A stretch of DNA of 64,000 nucleotides from Amoebidium appalachense (lineage: Eukaryota > Protista > Ichthyosporea). Position 1 is the stretch's first letter. Each line of letters opens with the position of its first letter. The translations under genes were made by a program, and so were the position numbers. Below, piece after piece: positions 29,489-50,352 of this stretch. Location: NCBI GenBank assembly GCA_963693365.1, contig CAVNZM010000002.1, forward strand, positions 12,270,328 to 12,334,327, in the 5' to 3' direction. The notes beneath the pieces were generated by a model. That model did not search any database. It saw only the letters and a program-made list of their open reading frames with translations, and was not told the origin of the DNA.

Positions 29489-29708
29489 TACCGAGTGTCC
29501 CAGGGGAGCCCCCCCCCGAAAAAAAACGGGGAACCCCAACTAATTGATTTCTCTTAGTCTTTATGGTGTCTCGTAGAGAAAGTAAACCCTGATATATAAT
29601 CACCACCCGACATCTATGTACGTGATCATGATATACCGCTGAGGGGATATTCGGAGCAAAAACCCCCCATACCTGAGACTGGTCTCTCTTTGCCTCGAGT
29701 GAACAGCG
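29489..29708. mobile_element. Truncated Tc1/mariner-like terminal fragment, dispersed repeat copy 2
   Basis: Close match to 7012-7238, including the upstream (CA)n and CTAGC flank. Confidence 0.45.
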
Positions 29709-30152
29709 TAAACCACTTTTAAATGTGTGTTTATATGTACTAGCATGGTCGTTGCATCTTCACGGAGCATGCCACATGTATGTACTTAAAAATTGATAAT
29801 CAGCCCCGGCTCCCCAGACTGTAAAAATCCTGAACATTTCAAGCAGATAGCTCTAGCCACCCATCACCACCCCTCGAAAGCAATGCAAAGACGCCAATAA
29901 TCAGTAACGGTTATCATTAAGCCAATGTCGATGGGGCGATGCTGATGCTTATAATATATGCTTATCCCAGTTGTATTCAGCAACGGTTATCATTGAGCCA
30001 ATGTCTATGGGGCGATGCTGATGCCTATAATATATGCTTGTCCCAGTTGTGCATGATATTTGTGTGTTTGTGTGCTTGTGTGCTTGTATGTGTGTGTGTG
30101 TGTGTAGATGTGCGTGTTGATGTCTAGATGTGCAGAGGGTAGATGTGTGCGT

Positions 30153-30317
<165 letters not shown>

Positions 30318-30604
30318 CATGTGTGTTTCTGTGTGTGTTTATATCACTGATAACGTGTATGGCCACCCTCGTGGGTACGTGATCAACGACGTCCTTGAGT
30401 GTGTGTGTGTACATATGTATGTGTGCATATGTTTTTGTGTGTAGGGGTTTACACACTTTTTATTGCGTGGACATTGCCGGAGGCCCAGCCACATTCGACG
30501 GCCTACTGCGTTTTCCAGCACAGCCAATCAAATGCAGCCAGTGACATATGTACATGCTAGGCAACAATGAGCGCCATCGTAGGATCTGACACCCCTATTA
30601 CATA

Positions 30605-31600
30605 TTATGGGTAAGCAGATGCTAGCATCGGTAGCTCCGACAGAAAGTTAAGGCACCGGATCACAATATCATACTGTGCAGCATTAATAAGGTGATCTAG
30701 GATAGTCATCTTAAAACGGATATATTGAGGAAGAGATGAAGAAAAGAGAATAAAACCGCCAATAACCTCCGGTTCTAATACATTAGCTAACAGGTTGCAT
30801 TTATTGATAGATATGCAGCCGCGAGTAAACCGCCCCCCACACATATTACACATACGAGCAGGAGACACCAGAAACCGATTACACCGCCAAGCCATAATCA
30901 TCTTTGCGTTTTTACACCACACCACATTACGAATAAACGAATCTATGTATGAACGAGACTCTCTAACCGTATCCGCCATATAGGCTACTAGTAGTTGGTG
31001 TTTGTGCGGTCCTAACACCGGAAGGGACTCAACACGTAGAGTAAAAAGATATCTATCAGCCATAGACTTGAAACTATTCATATTCACACTATGATCTAGC
31101 CGTACCTCCGGGGGGGGGTCGCCAGCCATTCCACATAGCGCTCGGCAATGGGCAGAGACGATGGGGAAGGGAAGAGGTACAGGGGCGAATCCGGCGGGGA
31201 TGCGTGTAGCCGGAAGAGCGGGTGGTCCGGGGCACAAGCGGACAGGCGGGTGATGTGCTCGTGAAATTTAAGGGCTAATTCGTGTACGCGTTGTGATGGT
31301 GGTGTGAGTGCGTAGAGAGAATCAAAAAGGCGTCTAGGGATAGGTGTGGAAAGACCAGTGAGAAACATACAACAAGTTGTGTAATGGAAATCATCTAATG
31401 ATTTGAGGACATTAGTAACAGTATCAGGGGGTGCCATAGCTAGTAAGGGCAACCCGTATTCCGACAAAGGGCGAATATATGTGCGAAATATACTAAGACG
31501 ATTGTATAGGTGGACAGTATGAGAAAGAGAAGCAAGATACACATCCCGAAATAACCGAAGACACCTGCCTGCACTCTCCACCCTGTGTGTAGGTTTTATC
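30605..31600 (-). mobile_element. 5'-truncated LINE: RT thumb plus C-terminal Cys-rich region
   Basis: RLSIFRTYIRPLSEYGLPLL is the typical post-RT thumb motif; after a frameshift near the G-run at ~31110, WRCNRF..CNMC..TRGC..C..ILDHLIN resembles the zinc-binding tail of fungal/protist LINEs. Confidence 0.8.
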
Positions 31601-31792
31601 TAGATACTCCTGCAAAACTACACATACCCACTCACACTAAACACACACGTGCACCTACCTCATGCTTCCCAGAAATACAAGCAATCAAGATGGCAACTAT
31701 AATCAACAACTGAGCATGTGTACAACACAAATTTTTCAGTATCGCCAGTTTGTTTTAACACATGTCCACCCCCCCCCCCCAACCCCCCTCCG

Positions 31793-31870
<78 letters not shown>

Positions 31871-32028
31871 CAATCACTATACATTCAGACACTACCTACG
31901 GGAGCGGGTAAAAACAAAGCTACTGAAGGCTCATGGCTTTTCTGCCCGACCCACCGCGATGTATGTATACTACTCCACCTTCCAAAAGTCACGCACACAT
32001 GAACATCACACTGGGCAGTGGGATGATT

Positions 32029-41509
<9,481 letters not shown>

Positions 41510-41782
41510 CTGCAATGTGCGCGTGCGTGTGGCTGTGTGTGTGTGTGTGTGTGTGGAAGGGGTTGGGGGAGAGGGGGGAGGGGGAGGGGGAGGGGGAAGG
41601 AGGGGAGGGGGGAGGGGAGGCGGGAGGGAGGGGAGGCGGGAGGGGGGGAGGGAGGGGGGAGAGAGAGAGAGAGGGGGGGGGGGGGGTGAGCGGGGGAGGG
41701 GGGGGGGAGGGGAAGGAGGGGAAGGGGGGTATTGGGGGGAGGAGGGGGGGGGGGGGGGGGGGGGGGGGGGAGGGGGGGGGGG

Positions 41783-41891
41783 TTAGATGTGTTATGGAAT
41801 ACGAAGTGCACATTCATAACGGACAACACAACGCAGAGTGCAAACTACACTTCAAGAAAATGCATAATAGGCAGAGCCCACCCTCAGGGGG
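41783..41891 (-). repeat. Truncated, diverged copy of the structured-RNA repeat (3' part and flank only)
   Basis: TACGAAGTGCAC...ATGCATAATAGGCAGAGCCCACCCTCAGGGG matches 61467-61560; ends in a poly-G tract. Confidence 0.75.
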
Positions 41892-41895
41892 ACGG

Positions 41896-41951
<56 letters not shown>

Positions 41952-42110
41952 AAGGGGGAGGGAAGGAGGGTGGGAGCAAGTGAGCAGGGCATATGCGCCA
42001 GGGAGTGGGGCGGAAGGGGAGGGGGTAGGGGGGGATCTGGGGATGAGAAGGGGAAAGAAGGCGGGGGAGGGGGAGAAGGAGTGGATAGCCAGAGGGGCAG
42101 GCTGAGCCAG

Positions 42111-42157
<47 letters not shown>

Positions 42158-42438
42158 GGGGGGGGGGGGGAGGTAGAAATCACACCGCACACATTCATGA
42201 TTCATGTTTTGCAAAGCACACACAAAGAGACGGGGTGCGAGGGGGGGGGGGGGGGGGGGGAGAAGGAGAGCGAGGGGCGGTTTAAGAGAATAGGACGGGT
42301 GGAAGGGGGGGGGGGGAGGGGGGGGTTTGAATGCGGAACACAGTACGAAGTACGCATAGACGATGAGAAGCATGATGCAGGACACATGCAAAGGCAAACA
42401 TTCAAGTATGCAGCATCAGCCATGCGCACAGTATGCGT

Positions 42439-42599
42439 CATAAGCAGAGCCCATCCTCAGGGAGGGCCCAAGTCATCAATTGCGTCTGAGTTTCGACCCC
42501 TTAGCCCGCGTATATACGACGCTCCAACTCAGACAGCAGCATCAACTGAACTTGGGTGGGTCAACCCGTCTTGATCAAAGACGAGCAGGGTTGCTTATG
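42439..42599 (-). ncRNA. Putative structured RNA, unknown family, copy 1
   Basis: Closing stem CATAAGCA/TGCTTATG; hairpin CTCGTCT-TTGATCA-AGACGGG; long arm CCCAAGT..CA/TGACTTGGG and GTCTGAGTT/AACTCAGAC; covaries with copy 3. Confidence 0.55.
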
Positions 42600-42890
42600 C
42601 AAGCAAGGTGAGCAAAACGGTGAAGATGTGTGTGCAAACTAATGCAGTGCAGCGACAAACGCGTATGTGCTTACAGATGCACGACACAGAGCAACCATGC
42701 CCGGTTGCATGGAAGTAAAGATGTCTCCACACAGTGGTCTGTCCTGAAAGGACACCTCTGAAAGAAGACAGGGGGGGTTTGAATGCGGAACACAGTACGA
42801 AGTACGCATAGACGATGAGAAGCATGATGCAGGACACATGCAAAGGCAAACATTCAAGTATGCAGCATCAGCCATGCGCACAGTATGCGT

Positions 42891-43051
42891 CATAAGCAGA
42901 GCCCATCCTCAGGGAGGGCCCAAGTCATCAATTGCGTCTGAGTTTCGACCCCTTAGCCCGCGTATATACGACGCTCCAACTCAGACAGCAGCATCAACTG
43001 AACTTGGGTGGGTCAACCCGTCTTGATCAAAGACGAGCAGGGTTGCTTATG
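42891..43051 (-). ncRNA. Putative structured RNA, copy 2 (tandem duplicate of copy 1)
   Basis: Identical to 42439-42599. Confidence 0.5.
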
Positions 43052-43329
43052 CAAGCAAGGTGAGCAAAACGGTGAAGATGTGTGTGCAAACTAATGCAGT
43101 GCAGCGACAAACGCGTATGTGCTTACAGATGCACGACACAGAGCAACCATGCCCGGTTGCATGGAAGTAAAGATGTCTCCACACAGTGGTCTGTCCTGAA
43201 AGGACACCTCTGAAAGAAGACAGGGGGGTTTGGATGGGGAGGGGGGGGGGGGGGGGGGGAGGGGGGGGGGGGGATGGTCCGGGTTAACAGGTTAACAACT
43301 GATGTTGCATAGGTAGAAGTATCCCTTAA

Positions 43330-43898
43330 CCTCTAGAGGACCGGACTAATTGAATCTACCGGCAGCCGGTAGGGACCTAAACAACTCTATTGCGGCTCAT
43401 AATCGATAGAAAAAGCTCAAATAAATTGCATATTGCGACAGGTATATGTCTTACCTACAAACGTTACTAAGACGGTTTGGGGAAAATATCATTATTTCGT
43501 ATACTTTTATATCTGTTTCTGAAGTAACTTTCGAGATTTTGAGAAAATCTTGGAGTTGCCATCGAATGTCGACTGAACCGGCCAATCAGGTTTTGCCATT
43601 CGGAGCCATTTTCAAAATGGTCCAATCAGAAGATCGCATTGACAGCATTTTGATGTCGTCATTGACTCATCAAGCCGGCAAGCACCCTTTGTACATACAC
43701 CATATACAAGGTATCGTTATTAGAGTAAAGTTCAATTTTTTTTGCATAAAGACGAAGGATAAGTGTATTTTCTGATCTCGTGCAACTTTTATTTGGCTAG
43801 TTCCTATCAACTTCATATTCACATTAGAGCACAAACTTGGTCGTCCCCTTGCTGGTCACCTCGATCTCGATCTCGTGAAATTTGCGGTCCTCAAGAGG
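43330..43898. mobile_element. Non-autonomous piggyBac-like element
   Basis: TTAA TSD (43326-43329, 43899-43902); TIRs CCTCTAGAGGACCG / CGGTCCTCAAGAGG (13/14 match) with CC..GG termini; no transposase. Confidence 0.85.
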
Positions 43899-44249
43899 TT
43901 AATGGTGGTAGGGTAGGGAGCACCAAAAAATAAGAAGAAGAAGACAGTTAACAGGAGGTGGGGGTGACACGAAAAGCCAGCAGAAAGCGTGAGCATTTGT
44001 ATGTGTGTTGTATATATGTGTGTGTGTGTGTGTGTGTGAGCACGGTTACTTATCAAAAACTGAAGAATGTTCTCACCAGAAAGACACCTTGAATATTCAT
44101 CCCCCTTACTCCCAGATTTCCCTCGCCATCCCCCCCCCCCCCCCCCTCCCCCCTCCCCCCTCCTCTTTTCCCAAAGAAAGAAACAGTGAAACAATCACCA
44201 ATCGTGAACCTCCGCCAGCCCCCCCCCCCCCCTCCCCCCCTCCGTGTTG

Positions 44250-44287
<38 letters not shown>

Positions 44288-44302
44288 GCGTGTGTGTATG
44301 TG

Positions 44303-44359
<57 letters not shown>

Positions 44360-45820
44360 TGTCTGTGTGCGTGTATAGGTTTGTGCGTGTTCGTTTGCCT
44401 GTGTGTGCGTGCATCTCCCTCCCTCCCTCCCTCCCTCCCTCACTCCCTCCCTCCCTCCCTCTCATTCCCCTCCCCCCCCCCCCCTCTCTCTCTCTCAACC
44501 TCTCCCCCTTCCCCTCCCCCTAGTCCACCCAAACCCCCCTCCCTCCCTCCCATCCTCTATCTCTTTCTCACTCACACACGCACACACACTCTCTCTCATT
44601 TCCATATCCGGGCCCCTTGCCTCCCTCCCCCCCCCCGGCCCCCCCAAAAACCTCCCCTCCTCTCCCTCTCTGCCCTCCTCTCCCTTGAGTAAGCGCTGGA
44701 AAGGCAGAAAATGGGTTTAGGGTTATGGTAACTTGCTAGCCAGCAAAAGTCAAGCATATATCAGAAGAAAAAGCTATTCGGGGAGCTTGCAGGGGGAGAG
44801 AAGAGAGTAGGGGCAGGGTGACCAAGTAAGAAATATGCAACAAGAGCATGCGGGCAGGCAGAAACGGCAGGATTAGGGTGTGTGCATGTTGGGGGAGGGC
44901 GGGGAGGGGGGGGGGGGGGGGGGGGGTAGAGACGATGGCTTGTGGGTTGGTGGGCAGGTGGAGGGGAAGGAGGGGGGCTGGAAGGGGGGGGGGGGGGGGG
45001 GGGGTTTGAGGCCACAGAGTACAAACATTCGAGAACAAAAGGAAGTTCAAACAAAGTTACCTTGCAGGAGCTGCAGACATCTTTCCTGCTGTCTCCCAAA
45101 GGAAATGTAAGGGCCAGGCAGGAATAATCCAGGAACTCTCAGGTCAAAATGTGCCAAAAATGTGACCAAGCAGTGCTTGCTACTTATTCTGAAATGGAAA
45201 GCAAGTGCTTGCTCTTTTTCTTGGCAGTTTATGTCCAAAAAGCACGTACTTTATCTATAGATTTAAAGTATTATAGTGGGAATACGTCCATCGCCAAGGC
45301 ACGTCCTTGTTTTCGACAAAGGATGTTTACAGTGTGTGAAGGAGGAAAAGACCGGATACGAGGCTCATGGAGAATTCGAAGCAAGGAATGTAGTTGTATA
45401 TGCTAGTTACGATCTGCTGACATAACCACCAGCTCAGTGGGAACCAGCAGACTTGTTGTGTCTGTGTGTGTCAAACAATTATACATAAACTTCCTTTTTT
45501 GCCTTGCTTCCTGCAATACTTGAATAAACGTTCAGCTTCCTACCCTAGGCCTCCTCTATCTCTCTCTAGTCAAGTTCTCTCTCTCTCCCTCCCTCTCTCT
45601 CTTTCGACGAGTCGGAAAAATACGTAAATAGTCTAAAAGAGTGATTACCCTTACTGGGTCGTTTGTGATAGACTAGTTGGCGACAGGCACCGTGACGTAA
45701 CTAATTTCTCGGAGAAGTGTTAACGTGATTACAACGAAAAAAAACTGATTTAAACACTGTTTAAACAAAACGGTTGTTTTTACAAATTCTAACTGAGTTC
45801 TATCTTCCAATCAACATCTT

Positions 45821-46219
45821 CCGCGGCCCAATGCATTACACACCCCCTCGCGGTTCGGTTCGGTTCGACACCCCAAACCTGAGCAGTTGGCGGTTTGAGC
45901 CGTGGCCGGGGAGATTCGGCTAGGCCGGGCCGGGGGAGGGGGCCGGAGGTGGGGCGAGTAGAACAAGTTCGGGCGGGGGACCCACCACCGTTCACTCCTC
46001 GCTGGAAAAAGTCTCCTCAAAAATACTTAACACCCACGCACAGGCACCCACACACACTTCTACACGCATAAACATAGTAAATTACACAGGCAAACCCTCA
46101 GGGACACATGCATGCATATGGTTCGACCGGTTTAAACCGACTCGCAACAATTCGGTTTGGTTCGACATTTCAAACCGCGGTCTGGCGGTTTGGACCGAAC
46201 CGTTCATGGATTGCCGCGG
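45821..46219. mobile_element. Possible degenerate MITE with CGGTT/AACCG subterminal motifs in the divergent intergenic region
   Basis: CCGCGGC..CAATGCAT...CGGTTCGGTT mirrored by GACCGAACCG..ATGGATTGCCGCGG; more than 10 CGGTT/AACCG motifs; no clear TSD. Confidence 0.45.
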
Positions 46220-46608
46220 CCGAGGAATCTGCAAAGTGAAGGTGGTGACGTCATCTTGGTGTTGGTTTCGCCAATCGCTTTCTCTTCCTGTTGCGCGCTG
46301 CGCTTGCAAAAGCATAAGGGCGGCGGCACTCCGAACCACGCGCACAGGGAACTTCGAACAACACTTGACAAAGTGCTTCTTTGAAAGTTTGCAACCCCTG
46401 ACCCCTCTAACTAGTTCAACACACTCTTATGCGCATGGTGCTTTCTGTATCTGTATCAAGTTTACGAGCCAGAACGTTTACTTTCTACAGGATCCCCCTT
46501 AGAGGTTGTAAGCTGCGTGGCTATCAGGGACGCACGCCCACGTTTTGTAGCCTATGATTTCCTCCTACACCTCTTTCGCTACCCGTTTGAGGAGAACGTT
46601 GAGAGAAA

Positions 46609-47559
46609 ATGGAGGACCATCTTGCTACAAATGAAGCGGCTACTCGCTTCATCGCTGGATGTTCTGAAGAGTTCACGTGCCAGATATGCGGGCACACCCT
46701 CTATAACCCCCTATTTACAAGCAAGTGCGAGCATGGCTTTTGCCGTTCATGCATTGAAAAGCACCTAAGAGACGTCGGTCACACGTGCCCCCTTGACCAA
46801 GAACCGCTCGACCCGAACGATTTACGAAAAGCCCAACGCGCATTCGAGAATCTTCTGGCAGCCTACAGAGACTATCTCACCTACGTGCCCAGTGGAAACA
46901 CAGGCCCGAGCATGTTTTCCGGTATTCCAGACAGTCCCCCCACACACAGTTTGGAGGGCTTATCGTTCAAGAATCCGGTTAAGAAAGCTCCCGAATTCGC
47001 AAAGCGAAATTTCAGCAGCCAGAGTCTGGCCGGTTTGGAGGTGCCCGAATGGCTTTTGGAGCTTCGGGACAGTTCAAAATCATCGCTCGTGCGTGTGAAG
47101 GAATGGGAGGACCTGGGCTGGCGCGCAAAGAACGGTTGGGACGGGAGGGATTATTGCCACAACGTCCACTCATCGGCCGTACACATTTCGGAATACTATT
47201 GGGACCCTCAAGAACATCTGCTTGTCGGGCCGGCTTTCTTCGGCCCAGAGGCAGAATCCCACCAGGGGCATTGCCATGGTGGTGCCATGTGCGCCGCCAT
47301 GGATGACATCGTTGGCTGGACGGCGTTTATGGAACATGGAAAACCATGGGGGGGCGCCACCGTTCAGGTAAATGTCAGCCTGCGCAAGGCGGTTCCCGTA
47401 GGCGCGCTTTTGAAGTTGGAGGGCCGGGTGACCAAGGTGGAAGGAAGGAAGACGTGGGTGAAGGGAAGACTGTTGGATGGTAACGGCACGGTGTATACGG
47501 AGGTTGAGGGGCTGACGGTGAGCCTGAAGACTGACAGCATCGGGGGTGGGTCAGCGTGA
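46609..47559 (+). CDS. Intronless fusion protein: N-terminal C3HC4 RING finger + C-terminal hotdog-fold (THEM4/PaaI-like) acyl-CoA thioesterase
   Basis: CQIC..KCEHGFCRSC..CPLD (RING-HC with Asp at the last ligand, as in TRAF/RNF41-type RINGs); FGPEAESHQGHCHGGAMCAAMDD...ATVQVNVSLRKAVP...EGRKTWV is the THEM4/PaaI signature; 316-aa open frame. Confidence 0.9.
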   Translation: MEDHLATNEAATRFIAGCSEEFTCQICGHTLYNPLFTSKCEHGFCRSCIEKHLRDVGHTCPLDQEPLDPNDLRKAQRAFENLLAAYRDYLTYVPSGNTGPSMFSGIPDSPPTHSLEGLSFKNPVKKAPEFAKRNFSSQSLAGLEVPEWLLELRDSSKSSLVRVKEWEDLGWRAKNGWDGRDYCHNVHSSAVHISEYYWDPQEHLLVGPAFFGPEAESHQGHCHGGAMCAAMDDIVGWTAFMEHGKPWGGATVQVNVSLRKAVPVGALLKLEGRVTKVEGRKTWVKGRLLDGNGTVYTEVEGLTVSLKTDSIGGGSA

Positions 47560-48259
47560 AAACACTGTGGGTTGTAGAGGTTATAGGTTAGCCCATATGG
47601 CAAGCTTTTGTGTATGTTTATCTTGCGGCCATATCCCCTCTTCCCCCCCCCCGGCCCCCCTCCCAGGCTCCTCTTCCTCCCTCTCTTATTCATGCCAACA
47701 CCACCACCACCACCTTTTCTCCCTCACTTTTTTTCTCCCCACCCTACACATGCACACTCACACACACACACTACTCCGTTTGCTCGCTTTCATCCCTTTA
47801 TTGTCCGCTTTTAGTAAATATGTATAGCAACTTGCAAGCTTGGCCAAGGATGCAAGCTCATGGTTTTCTTTCAATTGCAACGGTAGTGCAAACTGGGAGA
47901 ATGTTCTTGCACGAATACCATGGTGCTCATCGCATCTAACGTATGGAGTCTTGCCTGGCGCAGCATGGGATATATGTAAAGGAGTGTTGTGACCACCTTT
48001 AATCGAGTTACACGTGTAGATGTGTGTGCACGGACGTTCACTTGACTGGATGTGAGTTTGTCTAGTGAATTGTTAACAGTACTAGCTATACTAGCCCTTA
48101 ATTTTACCTGTGTAAAGATTGGTGTTGCTACATATGAAGACTGTGTTTGCGGTCTTAATATCATTTATGTATTGATATGAAATGAAGCATGTTGGAAGAT
48201 AAATCGTTAACGTTTTCTTTTCCTCCCCCCTCCCCCCTTCCTTCCGCCCCTTCCCTGCC

Positions 48260-48298
<39 letters not shown>

Positions 48299-48357
48299 AT
48301 CGGGGACTCCATATGACGTAACGCCACGAAATCATCGGCTGCATACATGTGTACACC

Positions 48358-48399
<42 letters not shown>

Positions 48400-48820
48400 C
48401 CACGCACGATGAAACTGGTGAATGTGTGCTGTGTGTGTTATGTGTATGCGGCTGTGTGTGTAATTGTATGAGCGCACGTCTTGTCCGGCGGCCAGGGGGG
48501 CTCGCGGGGGGGGGGGGGGGGGGGGTCAGTCTGCTTTTAATAGTCGACACACAAAATGTGTCTTACCTGTAAACAGGAAGCCCAAATGATTTGGGAAGTG
48601 TGTGTAGTGTGTGTGTGTGTGTGTGGTGTATTGGGTGGGTGGGTGAGGGGGAGGGGGAAAGGGGCAGGGAGGGGGGTCTAGGGGGGGTTGGTTTTTTTTT
48701 TCAAGTCGGTACGTAATATGTATCTTCCGAGTAAACAGAAGGCTCCGTCAGTGGGATGTGTGTGTGTGTGTGTGTGTGTGTTTAGGTGGGGGTTGTGGGG
48801 TGCACGTGGGGAGGGGAAGG

Positions 48821-48851
<31 letters not shown>

Positions 48852-49682
48852 GGAAGTGGAACGAACTTTGCAAACTGCCTTCAGCTGCTGTGAGAGTGGA
48901 AGTCCGTGAGGAAGTTGCAAACGTTTAACTTACTGATAAATAAAACTAGGTACAATTAACGGGCTTTATTTAACAATCCTCAAATAGCCCAAAACTGATT
49001 ATTTTATACAAAAACGTTATTATTTGGCAAAATTTTAGCAGTGGATCTGGTTGATGCTACTGTGGTATGTTTTCAGGTAGCCAATAGGCATCGGCTTTCC
49101 TTTTTTGCCACCGTCAATCAAGACCGCAGATTCAACGGGAATATTACTGTATGCCCCGGCCCAGCCTTTGAGAAATTGGTCTACATACTAGTAATTCACA
49201 CCTGATCAGCTCTACTGTAAATGGCCATTGATAATGGCTATGCATATGTAACAGCATATGCATGATATGCTGTCCGATAATGGTCCACACACGCGACCGG
49301 CACACCTGCGCACACAGGCCTAATAATACTGTAGGTGCCCCTCCCCCGAGAATCCCTGCTTTGACAAATGCGTATATGCAGCGTACACGTGAATTCCCGT
49401 GACATATCGACACAGTCACGTGCACGTGCACCCAAGATCCCCCCGGGACCCCTATTCAACGGGGGCTCCAATTGATCAATCTCCACCATGCCATTCAACC
49501 TATACACACAATTTGGGATTCCCTCCCCCCCTCCCCCCCCCCCCCCCCCCCCCCCCCCTCCCCCCCAAAACCTTCCCCGCGGGCCTATGCCATGGAAGTT
49601 CTTCACCGTGTGTATACATGCTGCAGTCGTAATTATGATTCCAAGTCATTATAACCGAAATGGTGGACCAGGTGGTGGTGGG

Positions 49683-49713
<31 letters not shown>

Positions 49714-50352
49714 GGGGTTGGGGGGGTGTGTGTGTATAATGCCCCCAGGGTTGTCTATGCTAATATTAGTCGGTGTTTTTTGAGGGTGGGGGGATGGCCG
49801 GCGGGTTGTTTACAGCAAATGTATAGAGGAAGAAAGGAGCCTCGGGGGGGGGGGGGAGAGGGGGGGGGAAAGGCAGCCGGGTGAAGGCAAAGTCACGCAC
49901 TTTCAAGAAATGCTCGGCCCTATGTGTAGGCTGTATGTTTTGGTTTCAAGACGTTGCTCCCAGCCAGTGGGATGCTAACAGCATTTATTTATGCATTAAT
50001 TATTTTAAATAACGTTAAATTGCTGACAATCCCACATGGACTGTACATATTCGCGCATATAGTCCGACATTGCTGTTGTTGAACATTTGACCTTATCGAA
50101 AGCGAGAAAGTCCCCCGCTAAAATCCCTATGAGCCCTATCAAGGCAACCCTTTTGTTATGACATGTAAGCGACATACACACTGGCACGTATTTACACCAC
50201 TACCATTAGTTTCTATACACATCACTCAGTAAACAGCAACTGTGTCGCTGCACGCCACACTCTTATCTGGACCGAATTTCTATACCCTGCATCCGAAAAG
50301 TATACGATTATTACGATAGCTACACGGGGATGTATTTACATCTCACCCTGTC

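Larger units (their letters stand above)
42319..43230. repeat. Head-to-tail tandem duplication, 452-bp period, no differences seen by eye
   Basis: GAATGCGGAACACAGTACG at 42329 and 42781; junctions at GGGGGGGTTT. Confidence 0.9.

Noticed and set aside
42439-42599. Hammerhead, HDV-like ribozyme, TPP riboswitch, U1/U3 or 5S identity for the structured repeat
   Set aside because: GAAAC and CUGAGGA are present, but stem II and the core order do not fit a hammerhead; the diagnostic motifs of the other families are not conserved between copies
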